A stretch of 64,000 nucleotides of DNA from Euglena gracilis (lineage: Eukaryota): assembly GCA_039621445.1 (NCBI GenBank), contig CP154954.1:13200716-13264715 (forward strand). Reading direction: 5' to 3'. This document shows, piece after piece, positions 10,889 through 22,333 of this stretch (positions within the stretch are counted from its first letter, which is position 1; each line of letters begins with the position of its first letter). Position numbers and translations under genes: made by a program. The notes under the pieces were generated by a model. It saw only the letters and a list, made by a program, of their open reading frames with translations. It was not told where the DNA came from and ran no database searches.

Positions 10889-12229
10889 TTAGTCGTGTTG
10901 GGGGTCCCCTAATGGGTCCTCAACCAACTCCAGTTGGCGTGGGGAACGCGGCGGAGCTGATTCACTCCGAATGGTGTTGAGCTCCGGATCGTTGACATCA
11001 AAGGAAGGGGTCACCCAGTCCTTGATCCAATTATCCGGCAGCTTCTCCCTGGTACGTTCAGCATGATGCTGAAGATACCGTTGGAGTTGCTCCCAGAAAA
11101 TTCTGGGCAGCATCACCGGCCAGATGATGTAATTCATCCGGGGGTGATTCGCAGGCACCTGCGGGGGCATCCCCGGGGTCTGCTTGAAGTTGATGTCATA
11201 CATCCACCTCGCTGTCCGAACTCTTGCGGTATGGGGCCGTAATACAGCCGGCAACCAACCTCTGAAGTCCACCAAATCGTGTTCTTCAGGAGGCCACAGT
11301 GGCAAGGCGTATCCGCCATGCTGACGCTTGGAGAACAGGGGGTAAACCTGTGTCTCCCAGTCGCCATCAGTCCAGAGGTAAGGCATTCTTACCTTGGCGT
11401 GTTCCTCGACGGCGAGGCGCATTGCCCCAGCGTCGATCTGGAACTCACGGGCCATTCCCGTGTGGCGGTAGCTTTCTACCTTTCGGAAGTCGGAGTGCTT
11501 CAGGCGGCCTTCCACCTGCTTGTACTCCTTCTTCCACTTCTCCAGTGTCTCCCAGTGCTGGGGGACAATGGTGGTGACTGCTCCATCAGCAGTCTGCACG
11601 AACTTGCCTCCTATACAGTTGATGCACAAGGCAGGGATATCCCTGTCGTGAGCATTCTCACTGTAGGAGTAGTTCAAGCTGTGCTTCCAGGCATTCAGGC
11701 ACTCGCCACATACGAGCGCCACACAGTTCGGCACATATGCCCTGTGATGGAACCACGAGGATTGCACCTGCCGCTTGCACACATGCACAAGCGGTTGGTT
11801 GTGCCGCACATGGTGGCACACGGTGCACGTCCAGGCAAAGGACGTGCCGTGCTGGAAATACAACACGCAGTCCTCACCAAAGTACTGTGCCAGTACTCTG
11901 GGTGAGCGCCTGTTCCAGAATGTCCAGGTATGTTCCGGGACATAGTGGAAAGGTTCTCCGCGGACGAAGAGGGGCTGAATCCATCGATTCAGCGACCCTT
12001 TCTGGTGCCTAATAGCAGCCAGTTTCTTCGTCCTCTCTTCCACGGTGCCTAGTCTGGTCAGGATATCCTGGGTCCAGAGCTGGGCATCCGCAGACACAGG
12101 AGGTGAAGCAGATTCATCCTGCTCCTCATCCGTCGATCCGGCGGAAGACTGGGCCTGTCGACCATGAGCCTTACCTTTCGGTTTGCTCTGGCCGTACCCG
12201 GACGAGGCAACGGCCGAATAGTCGTGCAT
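10889..12229 (-). CDS. C-terminal 446 aa of unknown ORF3 (Cys/His-rich domain), open frame, same orientation as gag
   Basis: Near-identical to the array ORF3 C-terminus; lies between the protease fragment and the 3' UTR/LTR of the element. Confidence 0.7.
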   Translation of the reverse strand: MHDYSAVASSGYGQSKPKGKAHGRQAQSSAGSTDEEQDESASPPVSADAQLWTQDILTRLGTVEERTKKLAAIRHQKGSLNRWIQPLFVRGEPFHYVPEHTWTFWNRRSPRVLAQYFGEDCVLYFQHGTSFAWTCTVCHHVRHNQPLVHVCKRQVQSSWFHHRAYVPNCVALVCGECLNAWKHSLNYSYSENAHDRDIPALCINCIGGKFVQTADGAVTTIVPQHWETLEKWKKEYKQVEGRLKHSDFRKVESYRHTGMAREFQIDAGAMRLAVEEHAKVRMPYLWTDGDWETQVYPLFSKRQHGGYALPLWPPEEHDLVDFRGWLPAVLRPHTARVRTARWMYDINFKQTPGMPPQVPANHPRMNYIIWPVMLPRIFWEQLQRYLQHHAERTREKLPDNWIKDWVTPSFDVNDPELNTIRSESAPPRSPRQLELVEDPLGDPQHD

Positions 12230-12249
12230 TGTCGTAGGGCCTTTCGGCT

Positions 12250-12923
12250 GTAAACGGGGTAAAAGTTTTCGAAAACGGTGTGAAAAAATTGGTGGCTGTC
12301 GCGGTTGACGCCACGGGTGATGAAGGTTTGGGGGGCAATGAAGAGAGTGGTGATGTGCGCAAACCGTGGGAGTGGCAATCCACTACCAGCCGGTGCTGAC
12401 GTAAAAAGGGGTATCCCAGAATTACGTCAGAACCATGGATTCCGGATTCATATCCCCAGGTATCCGGAAAATTTTGCGGTTGGGGGGGGTGTGAGTGGTG
12501 CTTGGGGATGAGGGGTAGGACAATGTCCAAAAAGCATCCCAAGTCACCACCGCACATGGGGGTGTTGTCAGCCGTCGTAATTTTGATCGGCTTCTTGGCT
12601 TGCACCAAGAGGGGGGTTGGTATCAACCCGAACCGAAAAAGTAGTGCAATGCGACAACCAGTGTCAATGAGAATTTTGACTTTTGCACAAAAATTTTGGA
12701 TTTTGATTTCCGCTTGGACCAAAAGTTTCATGGGGGGTAAGCAAAGTGAAGGGTCTGGCGAAAATACGTTTTCTTGCCAGCTTTCCCATGAACCCTTTCC
12801 TACTTTGCACAACATTCCGAGCGGAAAGTTGGAGTGGGGGGTGGGGGACCCGAAAATTTTCCGGGTACCGACCAGAAAGGCAGATGGGCAGGGGGGGCAG
12901 GGTTGATCAGGTCCTACCTCCAT
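12250..12923 (-). pseudogene. pol: Aspartic protease (start of pol), truncated by the deletion junction near 12250
   Basis: ILIDTGC catalytic motif and DVILGYPFL; in frame with gag after its TAG. Confidence 0.88.
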
Positions 12924-12968
12924 CTGTTCATCAGCCCAGAGGTCCGTGCCCTCGGACCTCGGGCTCCC

Positions 12969-15900
12969 CTACTCCAGGTCCGAACCGGCCGAATAGCCGG
13001 CTATGGGCCTTTTAGTGGTATAAACGGATTTCAACGTGCGCACCGCCATGCGGGCCTCGTCGAAATCGGTATCCGTGGTCTCATCCCCCTCCCTGCCCGA
13101 AGCCGGGGTGTCATCCTCCAAACAAGATATCTTGAAACCGACTTTATGGCGGCTGGAGGAGTGACCCTTGTCACCGCGATTCATACCGCGATGACGTTGG
13201 TCAGGGCGGGGAGAACGAGAACGCGGACATTTGGATGAGTGGTGATCACTCGATCCACAAAGCGAACACCGCGATTTGTGTCGCGATTCTGGGTAACGGG
13301 GGGATCGGTTTCCTGATTTCCCGTCAAACCGTCGTGGTGACCGGATATCCCGTCGACCATGACCGGTGTATCGGGGTTTTCCCGATGAGGATCGCGAAGA
13401 AGTTGATCCGCTTCGCGAACGCGATCGCGATGTCTCGCGATGAGAATCACGCTTCTTGGCCGGGGCACCGGGTGACCTACCCCGAGGGGTACCGTGTTTC
13501 CGCTCATCGCGGAACGGGATCCGGGGGCTAATACCACCGGAACGGGGACCCGATGACCGTGAATTGCCCGATTGACGTGAAAATGCGGAGGAACCCGAAC
13601 CTCGTGATGAGGTCGAGCCCCGCGGACTCTGAATACGCTTTCGCGCTTCAGGATTAGGGCACTCCCGAGACATATGTCCCGGTTTGTTGCACAAAAAGCA
13701 CACTTTATCCGTGGCTTGGTCCGAAGAACGCGGGTATCGCGTTTTCGATCCCGTGGTTGGTGAAGTGGGTGAAACCGGTGATTTTTGCAATGCGTTCACC
13801 GAACCAGCCGGTAATCCAGCGGTTGGGTGTGCGGTATACGCGGATTGAATCTGACCAAGAAGCTGTGATAGCTTCAGTTGCTTGGAAACATAATTCCAGC
13901 GTTGGTCAAGAGTCATTGCATTACCCGCCAACTCCTCACGATGGATATCCTTGATGAGGCTAGGCGTGAAATGCATGAGAACAGCGTCAAACTGTTCGCG
14001 CATTTGCTTTTCACTGAGTTCATCCACTTCAGCAGCAAGTCCTAACCATTTGGCATACCAAAGGTCAATGGACTTCCATTTGCGATCGGGTGGGGCGCAT
14101 TGCCGCCACTTGGTCTCCAGGGTAATCCTAGCGACCAAACTTGAACTGGTGGAAGCGTATTGCTCCAGCAGGTCATCAAAGGAAACGCGGTAGCGAATCA
14201 CGAGTTGTCGCGCGCGCTCCTTTTCATCCCTTGGGAGGCAATCGATGAATTCCATCTTGATCACCTCCGGGTTTGTGTCCTGGGTTGGCCCTTTCAATGC
14301 CCAGTAGTACTCCCAGTCCCGGAAAAACTGTCTCCATGTGGTTGGATCACCGTCCCACTGGGGTTTCACCTTATTCGCGATTGCGATGGTGCCCTTGAAG
14401 TCTTTCTGAAAAACCCGTTGGCCCTCGTTGGTATTCCGTGGATTCGGGCCCGGGTACGCTCGAGCACCAAGCGTATCCTTTCCGGATTCTTGTCGGAATC
14501 GCGAAATTTCTGGTGAAGGTGAATCCTGGTACCGGAAATCCGGTCGCAAACCCTGTTGGTCACCCGTAATAGGGGGACACTCCGGTGTGGGGGTATGTCG
14601 CGCATGCAACATGTGACCCACTCCCGGTGTACGGGTTTGGCTCATTCCACGCACAAGCATGGAATGATGGATTTCTTGGTGGAGACTTGGCGGAATCGCC
14701 GTGTTTTCCGCGAATTCGGTTCCCGTAATGGGAAATTCATCCGAAAACTGGTGTTGAGTTGTAGGCAAGGCCAATGGTGGCACAATTCGCGGAATCGCGG
14801 ATTGTGACACTCGGGACACGGGTGGTGGTGGTGCATGTGCACCCAGATTCGGGTTGTGGAAACGCGAATCTGGAGCATCTGGCGCATCTTCGGCAATGTA
14901 TACTGCCGAATTGCGGTGTGAAACCCGCTGTTGGTTGGACACATTATCCAAACCCACAGACAAGTCATGCACACTTTGCTCCAAATGCTCAACGAGTTGG
15001 AGTTGGCCGCAAATACGGTCAACTTCATCCTCCAAAGCGCGAATACGCTTACGGTAACGGGAAAAGTCATCCAAGTGCGGAATCCTTTCGGAAATTCCGG
15101 TAACATCTTGGACAAGTTTTCCGTGAGACTTATCCAATAATTGGAGTTGTCCCATTAATGCTTTTACAGCATTTGAGAGAATCTGCAAAGGTGATGTCAT
15201 CTTGGTTGGTGTGGTGGTGGGTGCAACCGGTGCAGGGTTATCCGACAACACGGTTGTGGTACCCATGGGCAAATTTCCAGGTTGTGGGTTATCCAACAAC
15301 GCGGAAATTCGCTCATCCAACCTGGTAATCTCACTTTGCGTGGATCGGGCATTCCGATTCACCGATTCCTCAAGCCGTAATAGGCTGTTGCAGAAATCTT
15401 GCAAGGTTTCCTGATTGTTAGTGAGCATTTTGTCATAAAATGCCTTGAAATCGGGGTTCTCGGTAATCCGAGAACCGGAACCTGCAGGTAGAGACTGCAT
15501 TTCCGTTACTTTGGTAGACACCGATGCATACCGGGTCTGGAGTTCCCCAATAGCAGTCTGAATACCGCTAATGTCCGGAACTCGGTGGGAAAGTGCGGAA
15601 TAGCTTTGTTGCAAACCCGCAATGGCCGAGTTAATCCCGCCAATGTCGGATTGCAACTGCAACTGCAGGGAATCCTGCCGTTGTGCCATTTCCGCGACTT
15701 TCGCGCTCAGATTGGATAATCCAACCCGATTCGCGTCACAATAGCAGGTTTTCTGCTCCAAACGGGAAAGTCGCTCCTCCAACTGCCGCACATACGTGTG
15801 GGGAGCAAAATTCTCGTTGGCTTGTGACTGGAATTGCCGAAACTTTTCCGTTTCATCGCACAACTGCATAATGCGGTGTTGCGATTCATGGAAAGTTGCG

Positions 15901-16979
15901 GACAATGTGGTGAAATGGTCCATAGACACAAATCCACCACTGCTGGATGTTGCAGACGAGGAATCTCGTGCATGCAACTGTTGTTGCAAATGCAACAACG
16001 CAGATGAACAGGACTCCATTTGTCCCGATAACTGTTGTAGTGAGCCATGCAAGTGCAGAAACTTGGAGTCATTCCGCGTTTCCGCTTCATGCATGCATTC
16101 ACTAATTTGCCGGAAGTTTTGCGGGAGCTGTTGGCATATTCTGTCAAAGGTTTCCCGAAAGTTTGCAAGGTCAATACCCGCACTTTCGAAATTCCTCTGG
16201 CAATATCTGCCAACTTCCTGCAAGTAATTCCAGCAGTGTTCCAGCTTGGTGAAGACATGTTTCTGGTTGTCCTCATCAAACTGAAGTACTTTGTTCAATG
16301 CGGTTGCACACTCTGCAACGCATTGTTGTACATGGTTGAACTGCCTCACAAGGGGGTGATCCCCTGGAAGCCGAGCAACAATATCCTGCACATCCTTAGC
16401 AGTGAGAAGCTCACCAGTGCCCTTCCCATAGTCATCCATGGGTTGGGATGTACCGGAGAATTCCGGCACCACGAGGCGAGTCTCCGGTTGCCAAGGTAGT
16501 GCGGGATAGCACCCGATATCGGGGGGTGGTGGCAAAGCTCTGTAAGGGCTTGCCGGTGGAAGAGCCGGTGGGGGTTGAAAGAAACACGGGGTTTCTAGCC
16601 CACCATCACCAGAGAAGCCCGGTGGCGGAATCACCACGGGTCTCTCCGGTGTGTGCAGCTGCACCATTGCCGCAGACAGAGGCGAATACCCCCGTTGTGG
16701 CAAGGTGAGTGCGGAAGAGGCCGCATTAGCCTCTGAAGCCAATGATGTGGAGGGCTCATCGCCGACCACTGTCAGTGATGACAAGTGTTGCAATTGTGAC
16801 AATTGAATCAATTGTGCCTCATCGGCGTGGGAACTGGAAGCATTTTCACATAAAAGCTTCCAATCCCCAGTTTCTTGGTCAATGTCTTGCAATGATGCCT
16901 GTAATAAGGCATAGTTGAATTGATGGTTGGGGCCTGTGCTTTGCATCTTTCTGACGACAAAAACAGCAAAAACCCACAA
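12969..16979 (-). CDS. gag: Gag of family C (1336 aa; long coiled coil, two CCHC knuckles, RS-rich tail)
   Basis: Uninterrupted ORF; CFLCNKPGHMSREC and CSLCGSSDHHSSKC; downstream of PBS and LTR. Confidence 0.9.
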   Translation of the reverse strand: MWVFAVFVVRKMQSTGPNHQFNYALLQASLQDIDQETGDWKLLCENASSSHADEAQLIQLSQLQHLSSLTVVGDEPSTSLASEANAASSALTLPQRGYSPLSAAMVQLHTPERPVVIPPPGFSGDGGLETPCFFQPPPALPPASPYRALPPPPDIGCYPALPWQPETRLVVPEFSGTSQPMDDYGKGTGELLTAKDVQDIVARLPGDHPLVRQFNHVQQCVAECATALNKVLQFDEDNQKHVFTKLEHCWNYLQEVGRYCQRNFESAGIDLANFRETFDRICQQLPQNFRQISECMHEAETRNDSKFLHLHGSLQQLSGQMESCSSALLHLQQQLHARDSSSATSSSGGFVSMDHFTTLSATFHESQHRIMQLCDETEKFRQFQSQANENFAPHTYVRQLEERLSRLEQKTCYCDANRVGLSNLSAKVAEMAQRQDSLQLQLQSDIGGINSAIAGLQQSYSALSHRVPDISGIQTAIGELQTRYASVSTKVTEMQSLPAGSGSRITENPDFKAFYDKMLTNNQETLQDFCNSLLRLEESVNRNARSTQSEITRLDERISALLDNPQPGNLPMGTTTVLSDNPAPVAPTTTPTKMTSPLQILSNAVKALMGQLQLLDKSHGKLVQDVTGISERIPHLDDFSRYRKRIRALEDEVDRICGQLQLVEHLEQSVHDLSVGLDNVSNQQRVSHRNSAVYIAEDAPDAPDSRFHNPNLGAHAPPPPVSRVSQSAIPRIVPPLALPTTQHQFSDEFPITGTEFAENTAIPPSLHQEIHHSMLVRGMSQTRTPGVGHMLHARHTPTPECPPITGDQQGLRPDFRYQDSPSPEISRFRQESGKDTLGARAYPGPNPRNTNEGQRVFQKDFKGTIAIANKVKPQWDGDPTTWRQFFRDWEYYWALKGPTQDTNPEVIKMEFIDCLPRDEKERARQLVIRYRVSFDDLLEQYASTSSSLVARITLETKWRQCAPPDRKWKSIDLWYAKWLGLAAEVDELSEKQMREQFDAVLMHFTPSLIKDIHREELAGNAMTLDQRWNYVSKQLKLSQLLGQIQSAYTAHPTAGLPAGSVNALQKSPVSPTSPTTGSKTRYPRSSDQATDKVCFLCNKPGHMSRECPNPEARKRIQSPRGSTSSRGSGSSAFSRQSGNSRSSGPRSGGISPRIPFRDERKHGTPRGRSPGAPAKKRDSHRETSRSRSRSGSTSSRSSSGKPRYTGHGRRDIRSPRRFDGKSGNRSPRYPESRHKSRCSLCGSSDHHSSKCPRSRSPRPDQRHRGMNRGDKGHSSSRHKVGFKISCLEDDTPASGREGDETTDTDFDEARMAVRTLKSVYTTKRPIAGYSAGSDLE

Positions 16980-17138
16980 AACTAAGCAGTTGTGCTGGCA
17001 CCAGAGGGGCTGTAACGGGTAATACCGTACAGAGCCTTCCGGAGCCTGCTCGTCTGCTTAGACGTTGACTAGAAGCCGGGAGCTGACGCTGCGACCGTGT
17101 AATAACGGTGCAGGGGCTCTCCGCTGCCAGTCAGCGTA

Positions 17139-17226
17139 GGATCGAACCAATCTGCTACCAAGTGTAAAACCTGGTAGCCTTTCTTTCTGTGAAGTATGTG
17201 TAGGATCGTAACCAAATCTGCTACCA
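17139..17226 (-). promoter_or_regulatory. Two tandem tRNA-iMet-type primer-binding sites (17139-17160 and 17203-17226)
   Basis: ggatcgaaccaatctgctacca-agtgta and ggatcgtaaccaaatctgctacca-agtgta. Confidence 0.8.
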
Positions 17227-17228
17227 AG

Positions 17229-17536
17229 TGTACGTCTGATTCCCAATTCCCAATTCCCAAAAAGCCTTCGCTTTCGCCTTGGCGCACCTACTTGGGAACT
17301 AAAAATCAGAGTAACAGTAAAAACCCTTTTCCCACTTCCCAAGAAGCAACGCACGGAGCAATGCAGGGAGGACGGACTGGAAATCCAAGTCCGGTCCAAG
17401 GAAAAGGAAGGAAAAGGTATAAGAAGAATACCACCTGTGGAGAGAGAAGGGGGCACCCATTAGGAGATCCTAATAGGATCTGCTTCCATCCTAACTTCCT
17501 CAACGGAAGGGGACAGAAGCATACGCCTGGTACACA
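17229..17536 (-). repeat. 5' LTR, family C
   Basis: Identical by eye to 9718-10025. Confidence 0.92.
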
Positions 17537-17796
17537 CATATCCAGCAGTATTGGAAGCTGTGGAACAAGCGCAATAACATAGACAAAAACATAAACACTT
17601 TCTGAAACGATTTCGTTTCGGAGAATGTGTGTGTTTTATGTGAATGTTTCGCGTTTATACCCACCCCTGCACTCATCTTCTGTCTTTCTCACAGAGTTTT
17701 TGATTAAGATAGAAGCCTTCTTTTTTCAGTGCACCAGCACTCAAAGCTACTGACAAAAAGGTTTCCCTTCGTTGCAGTCGTCGTTCGGGTAGCATC

Positions 17797-20700
17797 ATGC
17801 TGCCTGGGCGCGGACCTGGACCAGGTCCACCATGGCCGCAGCCTCCTGGCGCGCCATACCCCCAGTACCCTCAGTATGCTGAGGCCCCGATTCCGGGTGC
17901 CCCACATGCTGAGAGGGTTTCAGCCCCGGTATTCGCCGCGGCTACCAGCAGCCGGTCCGCATATGCGGCACCAGATCCATCTGCCGTCAAGCAGCCGGCA
18001 CCCCAGCCACCAGTGCAGCGCAGATTGCGCCTGCCCCCGTATGCGGGAGAGATGATCTTCCGCACTACGGAGACTTTGGAGCGGGCGATGTGTATGTGCG
18101 CACACCCCCCAACGGATCCCTTTATGAAAGCCCTTTGGGATGCATACTGTGCTCAGTTGTTGGTGGTAGCCAACACGCCTGTGGCTCAGTGGTGTCCCTG
18201 TGGTCAAGCCCTGATGACGGGAGACGGTATTTCTCGTGGGGATCCGATTCCGGATTCAAGCCTGGCGAGACAATGATGGACCTTGGCGTGTATGTGCCGC
18301 CCATGCTGCAAACGCAGAGGACGGTGGGATGCCACACCGTGCATATTTGTGAGCACACGCCCCCACGGGTAGGTGAGGCTGCGCATGTCCCACCTGGGAT
18401 GACGAGAATTTTTGCTCGCCCGCCCTCGCCGCAGCGAATGCTGCCGCGCGAGCCGCCAGCGGAGCAATTTGTCTCGCAGTACGCGACGCACGCGGATTAC
18501 CCGCGCGGCGCACGCGTGCTCCCAGCCGGACAGTCGGACGTGCCCCCTGAGGCATACGTCCAACACATGTTCGTGCACTGGATGCCACAGGCATCACCGG
18601 TCGCCCCTGCCCCTGGCGTTGAGCCACGGCGGCAGGTGGAGTCCATAGTGGTGGAGGATGAACCTCCCCACAGTGTGGCAGCCTGACCGCCCAGTGCACC
18701 TCCTGTCCAGACCGGGGATATCCCCCGTCGGCAGGAGGCTCCCCACTACCACATGGCACCTCCAGGAACCGAGCAGGATGAGTTTGCTCGGCACTTCCTG
18801 CAGGAGCCAGTATTCGCGTCTGAAGAGCACCGGACGAGGTATTACGCCTCTCTGGCTGCCCTTCAGGGATACACCCCCTACCATCCGTACCAGCCGCAGC
18901 TGCGGGTGGCAACCCCGGTTTTACCCGGTGAGCCCCCGGCAGGTGTGGCAGTATTACCTGCCACCCTGAAGCGCGACAGGGCTACGGAGAACCTTACCCC
19001 ACAGCCCAGGCGACCCAGCCCACGGGACGCGGAAGGCGGTGTGGCGAGGCAGAGGGAAGCCAGCCAGGATACCCCGACTGGACGACCACCGGCAGAGGCA
19101 CAGGTGGCGATGAGCCGTCCTGTTGCCGCAATGCCACCGCCGATCCCTCCGGTATGGAAGGAGCCGCGACCCCCTGCGTCGAAGCCAAGCCCACGCCAGG
19201 CTCCTAGCCAACGCCCAACCACGCCATCACCGCGACGTGCAGCGGATCGGCAAGATCCCTCCCCAGAGATGGAATGGGAAGGAACCGAACCGACTGCGGC
19301 ACCGAGCGCCTGACCCTCTGGTATTCGCCAGATGGGGAAGGACACTGGCAAGGCTGAGGGCAAAGGCAAAGGAGAAGGCAAAGGCGTTTGCCGGCAAAGG
19401 TAAGGGTGAGGGCAAAGGTGAGGGTAAAGGTAAGGGTACAGGACGTGAGGAGGAAGAACAACCAGCGGAAGTCCTCTCGGACTTTGAGCAAATGCTCAGG
19501 TTCAAGGAGGAGCTGGAGGACGAAGGCTGGCGAATGCAGCATGATTACCATGTTGCAGGAAACCGCCCCGTCACCCCTCCACAAGCTGTCATCGATGTGG
19601 TATTACACCACACCGAGAACAGAGTCAGACAATTCCATTACGGAATTGATCTGTACGCCTTCGAAGGTGAAGGTGGCAGACCCTTGCTGGATGCCCAGCC
19701 AGGTTTGTGGGAGCTCTGGTTTTGGCTGGGATACCCCTGCAAGAACTGGGGTCTCTTCAGCGATTCCACTGGTCGCAGTTACCTGCACCAGTTAGGATTC
19801 CGGGACCAGCATGTGTTGGCCCGGAGGCTGAAGGCCTACTTCGAATGTATTTATTCGGTAGGACCCCTCAGAGTCCAGTGGAAATACTACCCCCTGAACC
19901 CCGACATCGAACGCCTGATCGAGGTGTTGTGGTGCAACAACCTCCAGGTTTGGCTGGTGAGCCATTACGGCTCCACCTTCCGCGTTAAGCGTGTTTCCCT
20001 GGCTTACCCACAGAGGTATGACCTCTGTTGTAAGTACTGCGGGCAGGAACTTCCTGTCGACTTCTGGGGATTCGGCGTCCGCGGAAGTCCTCCACCGCCT
20101 CGTGATAACCCGGGCCTGAAGATGGGACGCCGCATGCTCATGCATGTGTGCCGCGACGCCCCGGATCTCCAGGGCAAAAGTCACCGCGTCCGCAAACAGC
20201 GTGTTTTTATGCTGCACCAGTTCTGGTGGCGAGCCTGGACCACCTACGTCATGGAGGTGTATGTACATCTCCGTGACCCCCAGGACGACAGGCCTGGTAT
20301 GGAAAGCTTGCCACCGGACTACGGCGATCCCATTGAGGGTCCTCGTCGTCGTCGGGTCATCGCCGACCTGCGCCGCAACTGGCACCTGGCTGATATCAGC
20401 CTGGAAGAACACTTGCGGCGACAGTTCGGCGGTACCCTCGACCCGGAGGTATTCCTCCAGTTGATGATGCACCCGAAGGCCGTCCTCGACCTGCGTATGC
20501 CGATTCTGGCATGCGTTCAGGAGTTAAAGGATGGCTTTTTCGAGGTCTGGACGGATACGCGTTACCTCGGATTCCTGGGCCCGAACAGGCCTGCCAACGC
20601 CTGGGTGCAGCCATCATGGCCGCCACCCTGGCCCAACAACGCCAGCAGCAGTACGCTGGCCTTTTACAGGCTGGCGGATACTCAGGGATGCCGATGGCAT

Positions 20701-21202
20701 CCCGACGATCCTCGTTCGCCCGAGGATCTGCGTGCCTTCATCGCCCCGGAGGATGAACCTCTGGCGCGAAGGAGACGTGAGGCGTCAGTCGCTTCCACCA
20801 CCGCGATTCCGCGGCGGGAGGAACGCGAACGCAGCCCCTTCGTCACAATTCTGGAGGCAGCGCCGCCGTCTCCGACAGGAACGGCTGTATCCTTGGTCTC
20901 TGCCCCGCGAGCGGCAGGGGAACGATCAGTTTCCCCGGCCCCCGCGGCGGCTCCCGTCTGTCCACCGGTAGGTGGGGACGAGGAACTCCCTCAGGAAGGC
21001 GAGAACGTGAAGGATATCCTCTACGCTGCTCTACCTGCACCGGCACAGCCTCGGCCAGACGAAGCACCCACAGAGGATATACCTGTGACAGCAACGCCTG
21101 TCCCGACGGCTGAGCCTCAACCCGAGGTGACTGGTATGGTCGTCGACGATATCCTCGAAGAACCTACCAGCCCCGCAGCACGCACCTCATTAGGAGGCCG
21201 CG
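17797..21202 (+). pseudogene. Unknown ORF3, 5' part (MLPGRGPG...); interrupted by family B LTR at 21203 and resuming at 26958
   Basis: ORF fragments 17797, 18090, 18753 and 19123 are collinear with other units; in-frame TGAs and frameshifts. Confidence 0.8.
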
Positions 21203-22333
21203 TGTACGTCCCCTGACTCTATTCCCACTGCCTGTCGGCCTACTTACACCCTCCCGTGGGAACAGAACCAGGAGAGTAACAAAAAAGAAAGTCTTTCACT
21301 TAACTATTAGTTTTTATTGCCTTTGGGCTTATGCAGAGCACAAGGCAAACCAGTTGGGATTTTGGAACTTCAGTTCCAGTTGTGATCTCCTATCGGAGTT
21401 CAAATCTTCAAATCTTTGATTTGCCCTTTTGGGCTTGTGGAACACAAAACAAAGCAATAATACCACCTGTGAAAAGAGAAGGCAGATCCGAGATAGGATA
21501 GGCTATTCCTAATTCTGCAATTTGTATTGCAGAACATGGAATAGTACTATCTGGCATGACATTGTACATTTTGCAGTCTGCTGCTATGCACAGTGCCATG
21601 TTCATGCTGCCTGGTACACATCCCCCTCCCAGGGCTTTGCCCGATTTCCTTACTGGACCAGGCCAGCAAGGACACAGGCAAGGCCGTGAGATAGAGGAAC
21701 ATTCACCAGGAAAGCATATCTTGGGTCTGCTTCTCCATCACAAGGTAAAAAAACCAGAAAGGGAAGGAAGGAAGAGAGGGGAACTCAAAAACCCAAAACG
21801 CGCAAAAGAGTTTACCCGCTTATGCGGCTAACTACTTATTGCGGTAAAGGGGTGGAAGTGGAAGAGCCCACTTGGAAAGTGGGGCTGGAAGGTTTCCATT
21901 CCAGAAAGTCCCATCCACCCGGTTTGGGGTGTGTCTATGACACGCGGGGAGGTATCATTCCATAATCTGAAAAGATTGAAGGGTAGGGTGTGGAAGGAGG
22001 GGCACCTGGCCAGTCATACCTGACCAGGGAGGAAAGCCTATTTACAAAACCAACTGCCGGCGACAGCGATTTTGCCCGGGGGGGAAAGGGGAGAGGGGTG
22101 GGGGGCTGGTCTGAAGACCTTACAAAGAATTTTTGCTGTCTGGCAGTCTTATGGGGCCTTAAGGCCGAAAAGTAACAAGTTGGCCTAATTATTGCTGTGT
22201 GCGCGCTGTACGCTGTGCGTCTTCTTACTGCGGCATATACCGTTGTGAAGTCTTCACAGTGCAGCGCGAGCACGATGTTGTCGATGGGTTATCCCCAGAG
22301 GCGTATACCTCAGAATAGTGGGCAGTAGCCCTA
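21203..22333 (-). repeat. Left arm of ~1.13-kb inverted repeat (LTR-B plus 3' UTR)
   Basis: Reverse complement of 24712-25845; inner boundary ggcagtagcccta / tagggctactgcc. Confidence 0.88.

Larger units (their letters stand above)
9716..17536 (-). mobile_element. Internally deleted (non-autonomous) Ty3/Gypsy family C element: LTR-PBS-gag-PR-[deletion]-ORF3 C-terminus-3'UTR-PPT-LTR
   Basis: 308-bp LTRs 9718-10025 and 17229-17536, identical by eye; 5-bp TSD catat (9711-9715 and 17537-17541); PPT at 10026-10035; PBS at 17203-17226. Confidence 0.92.

Noticed and set aside
17139-17226. tRNA-Met gene
   Set aside because: Only the 3' ~22 nt including CCA is present next to an LTR, so it is a PBS; no cloverleaf.
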